A stretch of DNA of 37,981 bases, from positions 1 to 37,981 of IMG/VR virus record IMGVR_UViG_3300048850_000072. One strand, given 5' to 3'. The position numbers were made by a program, and so were the translations under genes. Of the stretch, positions 15,103 to 24,542 are shown piece by piece (within the stretch, counting starts at the first letter, position 1; each line of letters opens with the position of its first letter). Below the pieces are notes generated by a model that was not told where the DNA came from, ran no database searches, and saw only the letters and a program-made list of their open reading frames with translations. This DNA is from a virus (lineage: Duplodnaviria > Caudoviricetes).

Positions 15103-15458
15103 TGGCTACCGCCCCAAAGCCCCGCGCCAAGAAGACCCCGGCCGCCGTGCCGGTCGCGCCGGCGGCGAACAACTACCCTGTCCTGAAGGACAAGAAGATC
15201 ATCGCCGCGGCCGACGAGTACGCGACGCTGAAGGCTGAAGGCTCGCGCATCGAGCGCCGGCTGAAGGAGCTTAAGCCGCTGCTGGAGGCGGCGATGGACG
15301 GCGCGCCGGTGGCCTATGCCGGCAAGCGCATCCTGAACCTGTCCCGCACCGAGGCCATCCCGGCCGGCGACAACCAGGTGATCACCCGCGACATGCTGGG
15401 CCAGATCATCCCGGGCAAGTCCGGCCGCGCCGGCTACACCACGCTGGCGGTGCAGTGA
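15102..15458 (+). CDS. Hypothetical phage protein (basic N-terminus, coiled coil)
   Basis: TGATG coupling; strong GC3 bias; ADEYATLKAEGSRIERRLKELK. Confidence 0.75.
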   Translation: MATAPKPRAKKTPAAVPVAPAANNYPVLKDKKIIAAADEYATLKAEGSRIERRLKELKPLLEAAMDGAPVAYAGKRILNLSRTEAIPAGDNQVITRDMLGQIIPGKSGRAGYTTLAVQ

Positions 15459-15739
15459 TGCGGCGCGCTCTGGTCATGTCCCCCGGCGGCATGAGCCTTG
15501 CCGCAGCGGTGGCCCTTGCCATCGCTGTGCGCAGTGGCCCGGCTGCTGGCTTCGAGGTCCTGGGCCCAGCCCGGCCGCCGGCGGAGGTACGCATGCGGCC
15601 CGCGCTGCAGCGCCGCGTGGTGGACGCGCTGATGCCGGCACCGGAGGCCGAGCGGACCGATGACGATCGCCGCGCCATCACGCGCGCCCAGGCGAAGCGG
15701 AACCGGAAGGACGCGGCGCGCGCCGCGCGCGGCCATTGA
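15455..15739 (+). CDS. Hypothetical protein
   Basis: 4-nt overlaps on both sides; C-terminal RAQAKRNRK. Confidence 0.6.
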   Translation: MMRRALVMSPGGMSLAAAVALAIAVRSGPAAGFEVLGPARPPAEVRMRPALQRRVVDALMPAPEAERTDDDRRAITRAQAKRNRKDAARAARGH

Positions 15740-16017
15740 GCGCCGCGCGGCCTGTCATCCTGTTGGTGGCGACGTCGCTGCAGGCGGCGCGCGCCTATGC
15801 CCTGCAGGATTGCGGCTTCCGGCAGGTCGCGCTGGACCGCTACCAGAAGCCAGACGGCACTGAGGTACAGGCGGTGGCGCAGGGCTCAACCGGCTTCATC
15901 AATCGGCCGACTGGCACCGGCGTGATCCTGGTGCCGGGCTGGACGACGCGCGACGACTTCCGCGACATCGAGGCGCGGCTGAAGCGCGGCGACCTGGTCG
16001 AAACGGACCACCGGTAA
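15736..16017 (+). CDS. Hypothetical protein
   Basis: TTGA overlap upstream and TAATG overlap with HNH. Confidence 0.6.
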   Translation: MSAARPVILLVATSLQAARAYALQDCGFRQVALDRYQKPDGTEVQAVAQGSTGFINRPTGTGVILVPGWTTRDDFRDIEARLKRGDLVETDHR

Positions 16018-16370
16018 TGGCGCGCCCGTCCAGGCAGCCGGCGAAGCTGACCATGCTGGCGCCGCGCTTCGGCACGCTGGACACGCGCACCGCGCGGCCG
16101 GCGCCGAAGGCCGCAGCGCCGATCTACACCTCGCCCGAGTGGCGCGCCCTGATGGCGCGGCTGCTGCGGGAGCGCGGCCGCCGGTGTGAGAACCCTGCCT
16201 GCGGCCGTACCGGCACCCGCATCTTCGGCGACCACATTCGCGAGCTGCAGGACGGCGGCGCCCCCTTCGACGAGCGCAACGTCCAGCTGCTCTGCGGCTC
16301 CTGCCACACGGCCAAGACGGCGCGCGCAAGGGCTGCCCGAACCAAGGCCCAGCACCTGCCACCCCCCTGA
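16017..16370 (+). CDS. Packaging-associated HNH endonuclease
   Basis: YTSPEWR, CENPAC, DHIRELQDGG, NVQLLCGSCH; directly upstream of terS. Confidence 0.92.
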   Translation: MARPSRQPAKLTMLAPRFGTLDTRTARPAPKAAAPIYTSPEWRALMARLLRERGRRCENPACGRTGTRIFGDHIRELQDGGAPFDERNVQLLCGSCHTAKTARARAARTKAQHLPPP

Positions 16371-16555
16371 ACCAGGCCAGCCCCTGGCGCCCCCCTGGTG
16401 CCGCCCTGACCGGCCGCTGCCCACCCCCCGCCGCCCGACCGCCGGGCCGGCCGGCGGGTCGGGGGTAGGGGGGGTCGGATCCCCGGGGGCCAGGCATGGG
16501 GGGTCACCGCGCAGGGGCCAGGGAGAGATTTTCGAGCCCCCCTGCGGGGTGGGAG
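16371..16555. other. Putative cos/packaging region
   Basis: Non-coding, extremely GC-rich gap between HNH and terS; C-runs followed by G-runs; the usual cos position in HK97-like phages. Confidence 0.45.
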
Positions 16556-16565
16556 GAAAATGCTA

Positions 16566-17156
16566 ATGTCGCTGACCGAAAAGCAAAGGTTGTTCGTCCG
16601 CGCGTATCTCATTGAACCGAATGGGAAAAAGGCCGCTATTGCGGCTGGATACAGCCCCAAGGGGGCGGAGGTTCAGGCCTCCAAGATGCTAAGGGTGCCC
16701 AAGGTCCAACAGGCCCTCGCGGAAGCCCGCGCGGCCGTCATTGCGGTCTCTGGCGTGACCCCGGAATGGGTGCTGGAGCAGCTGAAGCTGATGGCCACCC
16801 TCGACATCCGGGAGGTGGTCCAGTGGGAGAGTGAGGTGCAGGAGGTCGCGGAGGACCCGAACACCGGCGTCCCCATCCTGCAGCTGGTCAACCGGGTGCG
16901 CCTGACCGACAGCGACAAGCTCTCGGCCGCGGCGGCCGCAGCGATTGCCGAGGTGGCACAGAGCAAGAGCGGCTTGAAGGTGAAGAAGCACGACCGCCTG
17001 GCCGTGCTGCGGACCATCGGCCAGATGCTCGGCATGTTCCCCTCTGCAGCTCGTGCGCCGGCCAAGGAGCCAGCCCAGCCGCCGCAGGGCAGCAGGGCGC
17101 CGGTTCCTGACCTCCAGGATGCCGACGACAACGGCATGGGCAAGCTGCTCAACTGA
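16566..17156 (+). CDS. terS: Terminase small subunit
   Basis: LTEKQRLFVRAYL...NGKKAAIAAGYS..AEVQASKMLR...KVKKHDRLAVL; GGAGG RBS (alternative ATG at 16560). Confidence 0.92.
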   Translation: MSLTEKQRLFVRAYLIEPNGKKAAIAAGYSPKGAEVQASKMLRVPKVQQALAEARAAVIAVSGVTPEWVLEQLKLMATLDIREVVQWESEVQEVAEDPNTGVPILQLVNRVRLTDSDKLSAAAAAAIAEVAQSKSGLKVKKHDRLAVLRTIGQMLGMFPSAARAPAKEPAQPPQGSRAPVPDLQDADDNGMGKLLN

Positions 17157-18853
17157 TCCCCTGGGACCTGTCCTGCCCGGACTGGGAGGACCGCCTTCGC
17201 GCCGGCAGAAGCCTGATGCCGACTTTGCCGCTATGGGATGCCGAGGCAGCCCGGGCGGTGGCCATCTTTGATCGCCTGCGCATCCCGGACGTGCCAGGCC
17301 AGCCCACCTTCGCGGAGGCCGGGGGTACCTGGTTCCGGGAGATCGTCGCCGCCCTGCATGGCTCGCTGGATCCGGCGACAAAAGAGCGGCTGATCCGCGA
17401 GCTGTTCATCCTGGTGCCGAAAAAGAACGGCAAGACGACCTATGGCGCGGGGCTGATGCTGACTTCGCTGCTGGTGAACCGCCGGCCGCGCGCCGAATTC
17501 TTGCTGGTGGCACCCACGCAGAAGGTCTCCGACCTGGCCTTCGAGGCCATCGCCGGCATGATCGACCTGGACCCGGTGCTGAGCAATCTCTGCCACGTCC
17601 AGCCGCACCTGAAGAAGGTCACCTTCCGGAAGACGAAAGCGGTCCTGGCGGTGAAGTCGTTCTCGCCCAAGGTCATGACCGGCGTGAAACCGTCCGGCAT
17701 CCTGGTTGATGAGCTCCACGTGGTGGCCGAAGCCGAGGACGCCGATCGTGTTATCGGCCAGTTGCGCGGCGGCATGGTGTCGCAGACTGAGGCCTTCCTA
17801 GTCTTCATCACAACGCAGTCGGAGCGCCCACCGAAAGGCGTCTTCAAGGCGGAGCTGGCGCGGGCGCGGACCATCCGGGACGGCAAGAGCGCGGGGCGCA
17901 TGCTGCCGATCCTCTACGAACTGCCAGGCGATCTGGCCCTGACCACGAAGCTGGACGACACCGTGCCCTACCCTTGGGAGAACACGGCGCTCTGGCACAT
18001 GGTCATGCCCAACGCAGGCCGCTCGATCACGGTGGAGCGCCTGGCGGAGGACTACGAGACCGCCAAGCTGGCTGGTGTGGAAGAGCTGCTGCGCTGGGCA
18101 TCGCAGCATCTCGACATCGAGCTCGGCATGGCGCTGCGCTCTGACCGCTGGGCAGGCGCTGACTGGTGGCTGCGCCGGGCAGACCCGGTGCTGACCCTGG
18201 CGGAGATCTTGCGGCGCTGCGACGTGGTCACCGCCGGCGTCGATGGTGGCGGCCTCGACGATCTGCTGGCCCTGGGCGTGGTAGGGCGCGAGCGTGGCAC
18301 GAACCGGTGGCTGGTCTGGGCGCACGCCTGGGCCCATCCCATTGTCTTCGAGCGGCGGAAGTCGATCGCGCCGGAGCTGCGCGACTTCCAGGCAGCCGGG
18401 CACCTCTCGGTGGTCGACATGGTCGGCCAGGACATCGAGGCGCTGGTCGGCTTCGTGAAGCAGATCGACGAGAGCGGCTTGCTGGCCAAGGTCGGAATGG
18501 ACCCGATGGGCGTCGGCGCCATCGTCGATGCCCTGGCTGAGATCGGCGTGAAGCTCGATCGCATCGAGGGCATCCCGCAGGGCTGGCAGATGACCGGTGC
18601 CATCAAGACGGCCGAGCGCAAGCTGGCCGATGGCTCGCTGGCGCACGGCGGCCAGCCGATCCTGGCCTGGGCGGTCAGCAACGCCAAGATCGTGCCCGTC
18701 GGCAACGCGGTGACGATGAACAAGCAGACCGCCGGCACGGCCAAGATCGACCCGATCCTGGCCGTGCTGAATGCGGTGGCTCTCATGAGCCGCGACCCGC
18801 AACCGCCGCAGCGCAAGCTGACGGCCGACCAGATCTTCGGAGGTATCGTCTGA
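17153..18853 (+). CDS. terL: Terminase large subunit (first ATG is 17216; probable true start is CTG 17153)
   Basis: Walker A VPKKNGKT, Walker B ILVDE, ITT coupling motif, nuclease GVDGGGLDDL and KIDP; in-frame WDLSCPDWEDR lies upstream of the ATG. Confidence 0.95.
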   Translation: MIPWDLSCPDWEDRLRAGRSLMPTLPLWDAEAARAVAIFDRLRIPDVPGQPTFAEAGGTWFREIVAALHGSLDPATKERLIRELFILVPKKNGKTTYGAGLMLTSLLVNRRPRAEFLLVAPTQKVSDLAFEAIAGMIDLDPVLSNLCHVQPHLKKVTFRKTKAVLAVKSFSPKVMTGVKPSGILVDELHVVAEAEDADRVIGQLRGGMVSQTEAFLVFITTQSERPPKGVFKAELARARTIRDGKSAGRMLPILYELPGDLALTTKLDDTVPYPWENTALWHMVMPNAGRSITVERLAEDYETAKLAGVEELLRWASQHLDIELGMALRSDRWAGADWWLRRADPVLTLAEILRRCDVVTAGVDGGGLDDLLALGVVGRERGTNRWLVWAHAWAHPIVFERRKSIAPELRDFQAAGHLSVVDMVGQDIEALVGFVKQIDESGLLAKVGMDPMGVGAIVDALAEIGVKLDRIEGIPQGWQMTGAIKTAERKLADGSLAHGGQPILAWAVSNAKIVPVGNAVTMNKQTAGTAKIDPILAVLNAVALMSRDPQPPQRKLTADQIFGGIV

Positions 18854-20157
18854 TGCGACTCTGGCCCTTCGGGCGCCGGCAGGAGCAGCGTTCGCGGGAG
18901 TGGGACACCTGGCGGAGTCCGCCATCGTTCGCCTTTGCACGAACAAGCGCCGGGGTGAACCTCACCGCCGACAGCGCGCTGAGCCATGAGACGGTGTTGG
19001 CCTGCTACAACGTCATCGCCGAGGACTGCGCGATGCTGCCGGCCTACCTCTATCAGGAGCGCGGCCCGAAGCGCCGGCAGGCCGCGGACCATCCGCTGTA
19101 CGAGCTGCTGCTGACCAGCCCGTGTCCGAACCTGACCGCCTTCCGGTTCTGGTACACGGTACTGTTCGAGAAGCTACACCACGGCAATCACTACTCGCTG
19201 ATCATCCGTGACGGTGGCGGCCGGGTAGCGATGCTGCTGCCGGTCGAGAATGGGTGCGTGCAGCCGTTCTGGTACCGGATGACGCCGGACGCGCCACGCC
19301 AGCGTGCCTACCGGATCTCGCTGCCTGACATGCCGCAGGCCGTTTTCCTGCAGCACGAGGTGTTCCACGTCTCCAACCTGCCGATCCTGCGCGGCACCGA
19401 CTATGCCCTGCAGGGCATCTCGATCTGGCAGATGTACCAGCAGGAGACGCTGGGCGGTGCGCTGGCCACCAACGAGTTCGCCAACCGCAGCTTCGCCAAC
19501 GGTGCCAACCTCTCCGGGATGATCTCGGTCGAGGGACCGATTGACGATGCGACGGCGCGCGAGGTGCAGGCGCGGGTACAGGAGAAGTACGCCGGCACCA
19601 AGAATGCCGGCGCGATCGGCGTCTTCGGCGGCAACGCCAAGTTCTACCAGATGAGCCAGGACGCGCAGAAGTCGCAGCTGCTGGAGACGCGGAAGTACAA
19701 CCGCTCAACTCTGTCGGGACTGTTACGGGTCACAGCGCATCTGCTGAACGACCTGGAAAACGGCACCTTCAGCAATATCGAGCATCTGGATCTGTCGCAC
19801 TACAAGCGCTGCCTGCGGCCGCACCTGGTGGACCTCTGCCAGACCATGCAGATGTACCTGCTGACCCCGGCCGAGCGCGCCGCCGGCTTCTACGTCGACC
19901 ATGACGAGACCGAGTACCTGCGTGGCGACACCAAGACCCGCGCCGAGGTGCTGGAGAAGGCGATCCAGAACGCTCGCATGACGCCCAACGAGGCGCGCGC
20001 GGAAGAGAACCGGCCGCCGATGCCGGGCGGCGACGAACTCTACATCAACACGGCCTCGGTGCCCCTTTCGCTTGCGGCCAAGGGCCTCGGCGCAAAGGCT
20101 GGCGCGACGCCGCCGGCGGCCGATCCGCCGGGGAAGGACCCCACCGATGAACCCTGA
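18853..20157 (+). CDS. HK97-family portal protein
   Basis: VLACYNVIAEDCAMLP, HPLYELL...P, HGNHY, QLLETRKY, TFSNIE, LRGD, MTPNEARAEENRPPMPGGD. Confidence 0.95.
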   Translation: MRLWPFGRRQEQRSREWDTWRSPPSFAFARTSAGVNLTADSALSHETVLACYNVIAEDCAMLPAYLYQERGPKRRQAADHPLYELLLTSPCPNLTAFRFWYTVLFEKLHHGNHYSLIIRDGGGRVAMLLPVENGCVQPFWYRMTPDAPRQRAYRISLPDMPQAVFLQHEVFHVSNLPILRGTDYALQGISIWQMYQQETLGGALATNEFANRSFANGANLSGMISVEGPIDDATAREVQARVQEKYAGTKNAGAIGVFGGNAKFYQMSQDAQKSQLLETRKYNRSTLSGLLRVTAHLLNDLENGTFSNIEHLDLSHYKRCLRPHLVDLCQTMQMYLLTPAERAAGFYVDHDETEYLRGDTKTRAEVLEKAIQNARMTPNEARAEENRPPMPGGDELYINTASVPLSLAAKGLGAKAGATPPAADPPGKDPTDEP

Positions 20158-20770
20158 CAGCGAGACGCCAGCCCCCTGCGAGCTGCGCTTTGTCGAGGTG
20201 CAGGTGCGCGCCGCCGAGGATGCCGACGGCAAGCCCGTCCGCCGCGTCTCAGGCCTGGCCGCTCCATACAACGCCAGGACCAAGATCAGGTCCTGGGGCG
20301 GCTACGAGTTCGAGGAATGGCTGGAGCCCGGCGTCTTCGGTGAGACGCTGCGATCCGGCGCCGATATCCGCCTGCTGCTGGAGCATGATTCCCGCTCCCT
20401 GCTGGCGCGAAGCAAGGCCGGCAACCTCCGGCTGCGCGATACCGTAGGCGGCCTGGAGTTCGAGGCAGATCTGCCCGACACCCAGCTGGCGCGGGATGCC
20501 CTGGAGAACATCCGGGCGAAGAACTACCCGGGCATGTCGTTCGGCTTCGTGCCGAAGGAGATGGTCCGGACTTACGACGACAAGGGCAAGCTGCGCAGCG
20601 TCGCGCACCGCGCGGCCGGCCTCGGCGAGATCAGCATCGTGTCGCTGCCAGCCTACGCCAAGACGTCCGTCGCGCTGCGCTCGGTGCTGACCGCCACGCC
20701 GCCGGCCGATCCGGCCGCTGTTCTGGGCTTGCGAGCGCGGCTCGCGCGCCTTCCGCGCCTCGGCGCCTGA
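20147..20770 (+). CDS. HK97-family prohead protease
   Basis: SGLAAPYN, LLEHD, LARSKAGNLRL, GMSFGF, EISIVSLPAY; AAGGA RBS before ATG 20147. Confidence 0.93.
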   Translation: MNPDSETPAPCELRFVEVQVRAAEDADGKPVRRVSGLAAPYNARTKIRSWGGYEFEEWLEPGVFGETLRSGADIRLLLEHDSRSLLARSKAGNLRLRDTVGGLEFEADLPDTQLARDALENIRAKNYPGMSFGFVPKEMVRTYDDKGKLRSVAHRAAGLGEISIVSLPAYAKTSVALRSVLTATPPADPAAVLGLRARLARLPRLGA

Positions 20771-20818
20771 CCAACCCGCCGGGCGCCGCCCGGCTCCCCC
20801 TACAGAGAGATCTCCACG

Positions 20819-22321
20819 ATGAAGCTCGGTCGCATCCTGACGGCGGCGCTGGCGCCGCTGTGCCTGCTGGTCGCCATGCTGCTCTGCCTGCCCAACCCCG
20901 CCGCCGCTGCGGCGCTGATCGACCTGTCCGCCGCCATGCCGGCCGACGGCAACCTGGCCGCCCTGCTGCTTGGCCTCGCCGGCACCGTCACCCTGGCCGA
21001 GCTGCGCCAGAAGCGGACCACGCTGTACGACGAGATGGACGGCATCACCAAGAAGGACCTGACCGACGAGACCCGGGCGCGCTTCGATGCGGCCGAGGCC
21101 GAGGTGCGGTCCCTGGATGCCGATATCGTCCGCCTGGAACGCGCGGAAGCGAACGCCCGCCAGCGTGCACAGGACCAGGCACCGCTGGTGCCGGCCGGCG
21201 GCGCCGGTGGCGGCAGCGAGCAGGAAGAGCGTAGCCACGCGCTGCCCGCCGCGGCTGCTGCGCAGCGCGATCTCGGCCTGGAGTTTGGCGCCTTCGTCCG
21301 CTCCTACGCCTACTCCCAGCTGCTGTTCCGCACCGGGCAGGCGCAGACCCAGCCGGCGGCCGTTGCTGCGGGCTGGTACGGCGAGCGCCATCCGGTGACC
21401 AAGGAGCTGACGCGCGCCCAGGTGGCCAGCGCCAATGCCGACGGTGGCTTCCTGATCACCCCGACCCTGGCCGGTGAGTTCCTGCGGCTGTTCGGCCCCA
21501 AGACCATCGTCCGCAAGCGGGCGCGTGTGGTGCCGGGCAACGCCTCCTACCTGAAGGGCAAGAGCGGCGCCTCGGTCGGCTACGTCGGCGAGATCGAGCA
21601 GGGCCCGGTGACGGGCGTGAAGTTCGGCATGATCGACATGACGGAGAAGGACATCTCCGCCATCCTGCCGATCAGCCAGAAGCTGCTCCGCAACGCCAAC
21701 ACCATCAGCATCGAGACCTACTGCCGCGACGAGCTGGCCCGCGCCGCGGCCGAGTTCGAGGACCGGATGTTCTTCTACGGCACCGGCACCGGCAAGCAGG
21801 TGAAGGGCTATGCGTTCTCCATCCCGGCGGCGATGAAGTTCGCCGCCGGCAGCGAGACCGCGCCGACCAACCAGCAGATCCGCGCCGTGCTGCGGAAGGT
21901 GCTGAAGGCCATTACGATGGCGAACGTGCCGATTGACGCCAGCGCCGCCTGGTACATGAGCCCGGCCATCAAGATGTTCCTGGAGGACGTGTACCAGGGT
22001 GACGTGAAGGCCTTCCCGACGCTGGAAGGCGATAACCCGACCCTGCTGGGCTACCCGGTGGACACCACCACGACCCTGACGGGTCCGGCGGGCGATGGCG
22101 GCGACATCTTCTTCGGCGTGCATAGCTACGCCATGGTCGGCGACAGCGTGGCCATGAAGCTGTCGTTCTCCGACCAGGCGTCCTTCAAGGACGAGAACGG
22201 CCAGCAGGTGAACATGTGGGCGCAGGGCCTGATGGGCATCAAGCTCGACATGAGCCACGACTTCGCCCTGCAGTACCCGGAGGCCTTCGGCCAGGTCACC
22301 GGGGTGAAGTGGGGCCAGTAA
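20819..22321 (+). CDS. HK97-fold major capsid protein with a hydrophobic N-terminal extension
   Basis: Coiled-coil delta domain (LAELRQKR...), DGGFLITP, VGYVGE, ISQKLL, FFYGTG, TLLGYPV; very strong codon bias. Confidence 0.95.
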   Translation: MKLGRILTAALAPLCLLVAMLLCLPNPAAAAALIDLSAAMPADGNLAALLLGLAGTVTLAELRQKRTTLYDEMDGITKKDLTDETRARFDAAEAEVRSLDADIVRLERAEANARQRAQDQAPLVPAGGAGGGSEQEERSHALPAAAAAQRDLGLEFGAFVRSYAYSQLLFRTGQAQTQPAAVAAGWYGERHPVTKELTRAQVASANADGGFLITPTLAGEFLRLFGPKTIVRKRARVVPGNASYLKGKSGASVGYVGEIEQGPVTGVKFGMIDMTEKDISAILPISQKLLRNANTISIETYCRDELARAAAEFEDRMFFYGTGTGKQVKGYAFSIPAAMKFAAGSETAPTNQQIRAVLRKVLKAITMANVPIDASAAWYMSPAIKMFLEDVYQGDVKAFPTLEGDNPTLLGYPVDTTTTLTGPAGDGGDIFFGVHSYAMVGDSVAMKLSFSDQASFKDENGQQVNMWAQGLMGIKLDMSHDFALQYPEAFGQVTGVKWGQ

Positions 22322-22407
22322 GCCCGCCTCCCTGCTGAGCCTGCCGCAGCGGCGCCTCCGCGCGCCCCTGGGCGTTTCCGCCCCCTCCTGACCAGGACCT
22401 GACCCCG

Positions 22408-22875
22408 ATGGCCACCATGACCGCCATGGGCCGCGACGACGCGGCCTACTTCACCCCGGCCTACGCCGGCCCCGAAACCGCCCTGACGGCGGCCGGCGCT
22501 GGCGACAACACCGAGATCACCACCGCCCAGCTGGACCTGCGGGACCAGTTCGGCACCAAGCGCTTCGGCACACTGACCCTGGTGCTGGCCGCCGTTGCCA
22601 CGCTGACCGCCGACAAGGCGCTGGCGCTGAAGGCCGTCCGCTTCGAGCATTCGGACGACGCCACCAGCTGGTCCGATGTGAAGCCCGGCACCACGCTGCT
22701 GACCGTGAAGAGCACCGAGGCCGGCACCCGGACCGGCGCGGCGGTGATCGACTGCAACCTGCTGGAAGCGAAGCGCTACGTCCGCGCCAAGTTCACTCCC
22801 GACCTGAGCCACACCGGCACGGACACCGCCAAGGTGAGCGCGGTCTACCTGCTGAGCAGCGCGACCGAGATCTGA
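22408..22875 (+). CDS. Virion structural protein (possible head decoration/cement)
   Basis: Directly follows the capsid gene; beta-rich, FEHSDD...W, KRYVRA pattern; strong codon bias. Confidence 0.6.
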   Translation: MATMTAMGRDDAAYFTPAYAGPETALTAAGAGDNTEITTAQLDLRDQFGTKRFGTLTLVLAAVATLTADKALALKAVRFEHSDDATSWSDVKPGTTLLTVKSTEAGTRTGAAVIDCNLLEAKRYVRAKFTPDLSHTGTDTAKVSAVYLLSSATEI

Positions 22876-22877
22876 CC

Positions 22878-23483
22878 ATGCTGACGGTGCTGGAAGCCGG
22901 CGACCGCTGGCTGACCACGATCGCCATGGCCATCGACGTCGCCGGTGTGCCGGCGACCACGCCAGAGGATGAAGTCGCCCGGCTGGTCGGCCTGGCCTCC
23001 AGCGCAGTCAGCCGCCACTGCAACCGCGTCTTCGGCCGCGAGCGCCTGCGCGAGGCGGTGCGGCCGGGCGCGGGGCAGCTGATCCTGTCGCGCCGCCCGG
23101 TCTTCCAACTCCACAGCGTGACCGGCGACGGCAACCTGGTGGAGCTAGACGGCGTCGAGCTGGACGGCGAGGCAGGCTTGCTCGGGCGCCTCGATGCCGC
23201 CGGCGACGCCTGCGCCTGGTGGAATCGCCGGGTGATCGTCGAATACTCCGCAGGCTGGGCCATGCCGGGCACGCCCGGCCGGGATCTGCCGGAGGACATC
23301 GAGCAGGCCTGCCTGCTGATGATCGCCGATGCAGTGGCTGGCGAAGGACGGGACCCGCGCTTGCGCTCGGAATCCACCGAGGGGGTGGGGTCGACGTCCT
23401 GGCTGGATCCACGTCCCGGCCAGGAGCAGCTGCCGCCGCAGGCGGCCGGCCTGCTGCGCCCCTACCGCCGGATCGCGATCTGA
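22878..23483 (+). CDS. Head-tail connector/adaptor
   Basis: ASSAVSRHCNRVF, LSRRPV, VEYSAG, LPEDIEQAC, LLRPYR. Confidence 0.8.
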   Translation: MLTVLEAGDRWLTTIAMAIDVAGVPATTPEDEVARLVGLASSAVSRHCNRVFGRERLREAVRPGAGQLILSRRPVFQLHSVTGDGNLVELDGVELDGEAGLLGRLDAAGDACAWWNRRVIVEYSAGWAMPGTPGRDLPEDIEQACLLMIADAVAGEGRDPRLRSESTEGVGSTSWLDPRPGQEQLPPQAAGLLRPYRRIAI

Positions 23484-23830
23484 TGGCCACCCCCCTGCTA
23501 ACAGCGCGCCGCCGCCACATCCGTGCCCGCGGCCGCACGATGACCCTGCAGCGCCTGGTGCGCGGCAGCGCCGCCATCGAGCGCAGCGTGGATCTGATCG
23601 GCTTCCCGCACGGGTTCCAGGCCGACCAGATGGCCGCCGGCGTGAAGCAGGGCGACCAGCTGATCGAGACGCTGGACGACGAGCTGCAGGCCGCGAGCTG
23701 GCCAGACCGGCCGCGCGACCCTGACAAGCTCCTGCTGGACGGAAGGACCTGGACCTTGGTGGATGCCTCGCCCGTCTATGACGGCGCGCTGCGGATCGGC
23801 TGGCGTCTCTGGGTGCGGGGTGGCGCATGA
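23483..23830 (+). CDS. Head closure/joining protein
   Basis: TGATG coupling; GRTMTLQR...QGD...PDKLLLDGRTW...VRG; position in the neck module. Confidence 0.7.
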   Translation: MATPLLTARRRHIRARGRTMTLQRLVRGSAAIERSVDLIGFPHGFQADQMAAGVKQGDQLIETLDDELQAASWPDRPRDPDKLLLDGRTWTLVDASPVYDGALRIGWRLWVRGGA

Positions 23831-24231
23831 GCGCCCCCGCCGTCTGGGAAGACGCTAAGGCACGCATCCGGGCGGTCGCCGGCCAGCACAACCTGCCGGT
23901 GGAATTGCCCAACGAGGGCAAGACCGACGGCGGCGGCCTCTACGTTCGGGCCGAGATCCACTCCAGCGGCGCTGCCCAGCTGGACCTCGATAACAGCGTC
24001 TGGATCGAAGAGGGCATGGTGGCCGTCGACCTGATGGTGCCCACCGGCACCGGCTTCGACCAGGCCAACGCCATTCGCCACGAGTTCGGCCGGGCTTTCC
24101 GCCGCGGCATCCCGCCGCAGGGCCTCGTCTACCTGGAGCAGGGATCGCTGCCCGGCGAACAAGGCGACGATGCCGGCAACTGGTACCGGCTGACCCTCAG
24201 CGTGTCCTGGAGCTTCCAGGACCTCACCTGA
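23827..24231 (+). CDS. Tail terminator/completion-like protein
   Basis: ATGA overlap; EGMVAVDLMVPTGTG, GNWYRLTLSVSW; precedes the tail tube gene. Confidence 0.7.
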   Translation: MSAPAVWEDAKARIRAVAGQHNLPVELPNEGKTDGGGLYVRAEIHSSGAAQLDLDNSVWIEEGMVAVDLMVPTGTGFDQANAIRHEFGRAFRRGIPPQGLVYLEQGSLPGEQGDDAGNWYRLTLSVSWSFQDLT

Positions 24232-24247
24232 CCAAGGGACCATCCCC

Positions 24248-24481
24248 ATGAAGTTCATCCTGCTGCGTGAAGCCGAGACCGGCTCCGGCGTCTTCGCGCT
24301 GACGACCGAAGTCGTGGAAGCCGACGCGGCCAAGGCCGCCACCACCTGCGCCGAGCGCCAGGTGGCCGAGAACACGCGCTTCGCGCTGCTGCCCTACGAC
24401 GCGATGGTGCCGACGGCCGCGCCCCGGCGCGCCGCGCAGAAGGCCGCCGCCGCCGCTTCCGAGGCCTCCGCCCAGTCCTGA
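24248..24481 (+). CDS. Small Ala-rich hypothetical protein
   Basis: AAGGGA RBS; strong codon bias. Confidence 0.65.
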   Translation: MKFILLREAETGSGVFALTTEVVEADAAKAATTCAERQVAENTRFALLPYDAMVPTAAPRRAAQKAAAAASEASAQS

Positions 24482-24504
24482 CGGGGCTGGTTATCCGTAA
24501 CCGC

Positions 24505-24527
24505 AGGGGCGCTTTGGCGCCCCTTTT
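24505..24527 (+). terminator. Intrinsic terminator-like hairpin before the tail tube gene
   Basis: AGGGGCGC-tttg-GCGCCCCT-TTT. Confidence 0.6.
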
Positions 24528-24542
24528 ACATGGAGGGCGCCG

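Noticed and set aside
20249-22258. 669-aa minus-strand ORF (and similar long antisense ORFs over terL and the tape measure gene)
   Set aside because: Mirror frame of the strongly GC3-biased protease and capsid genes; no independent coding signal
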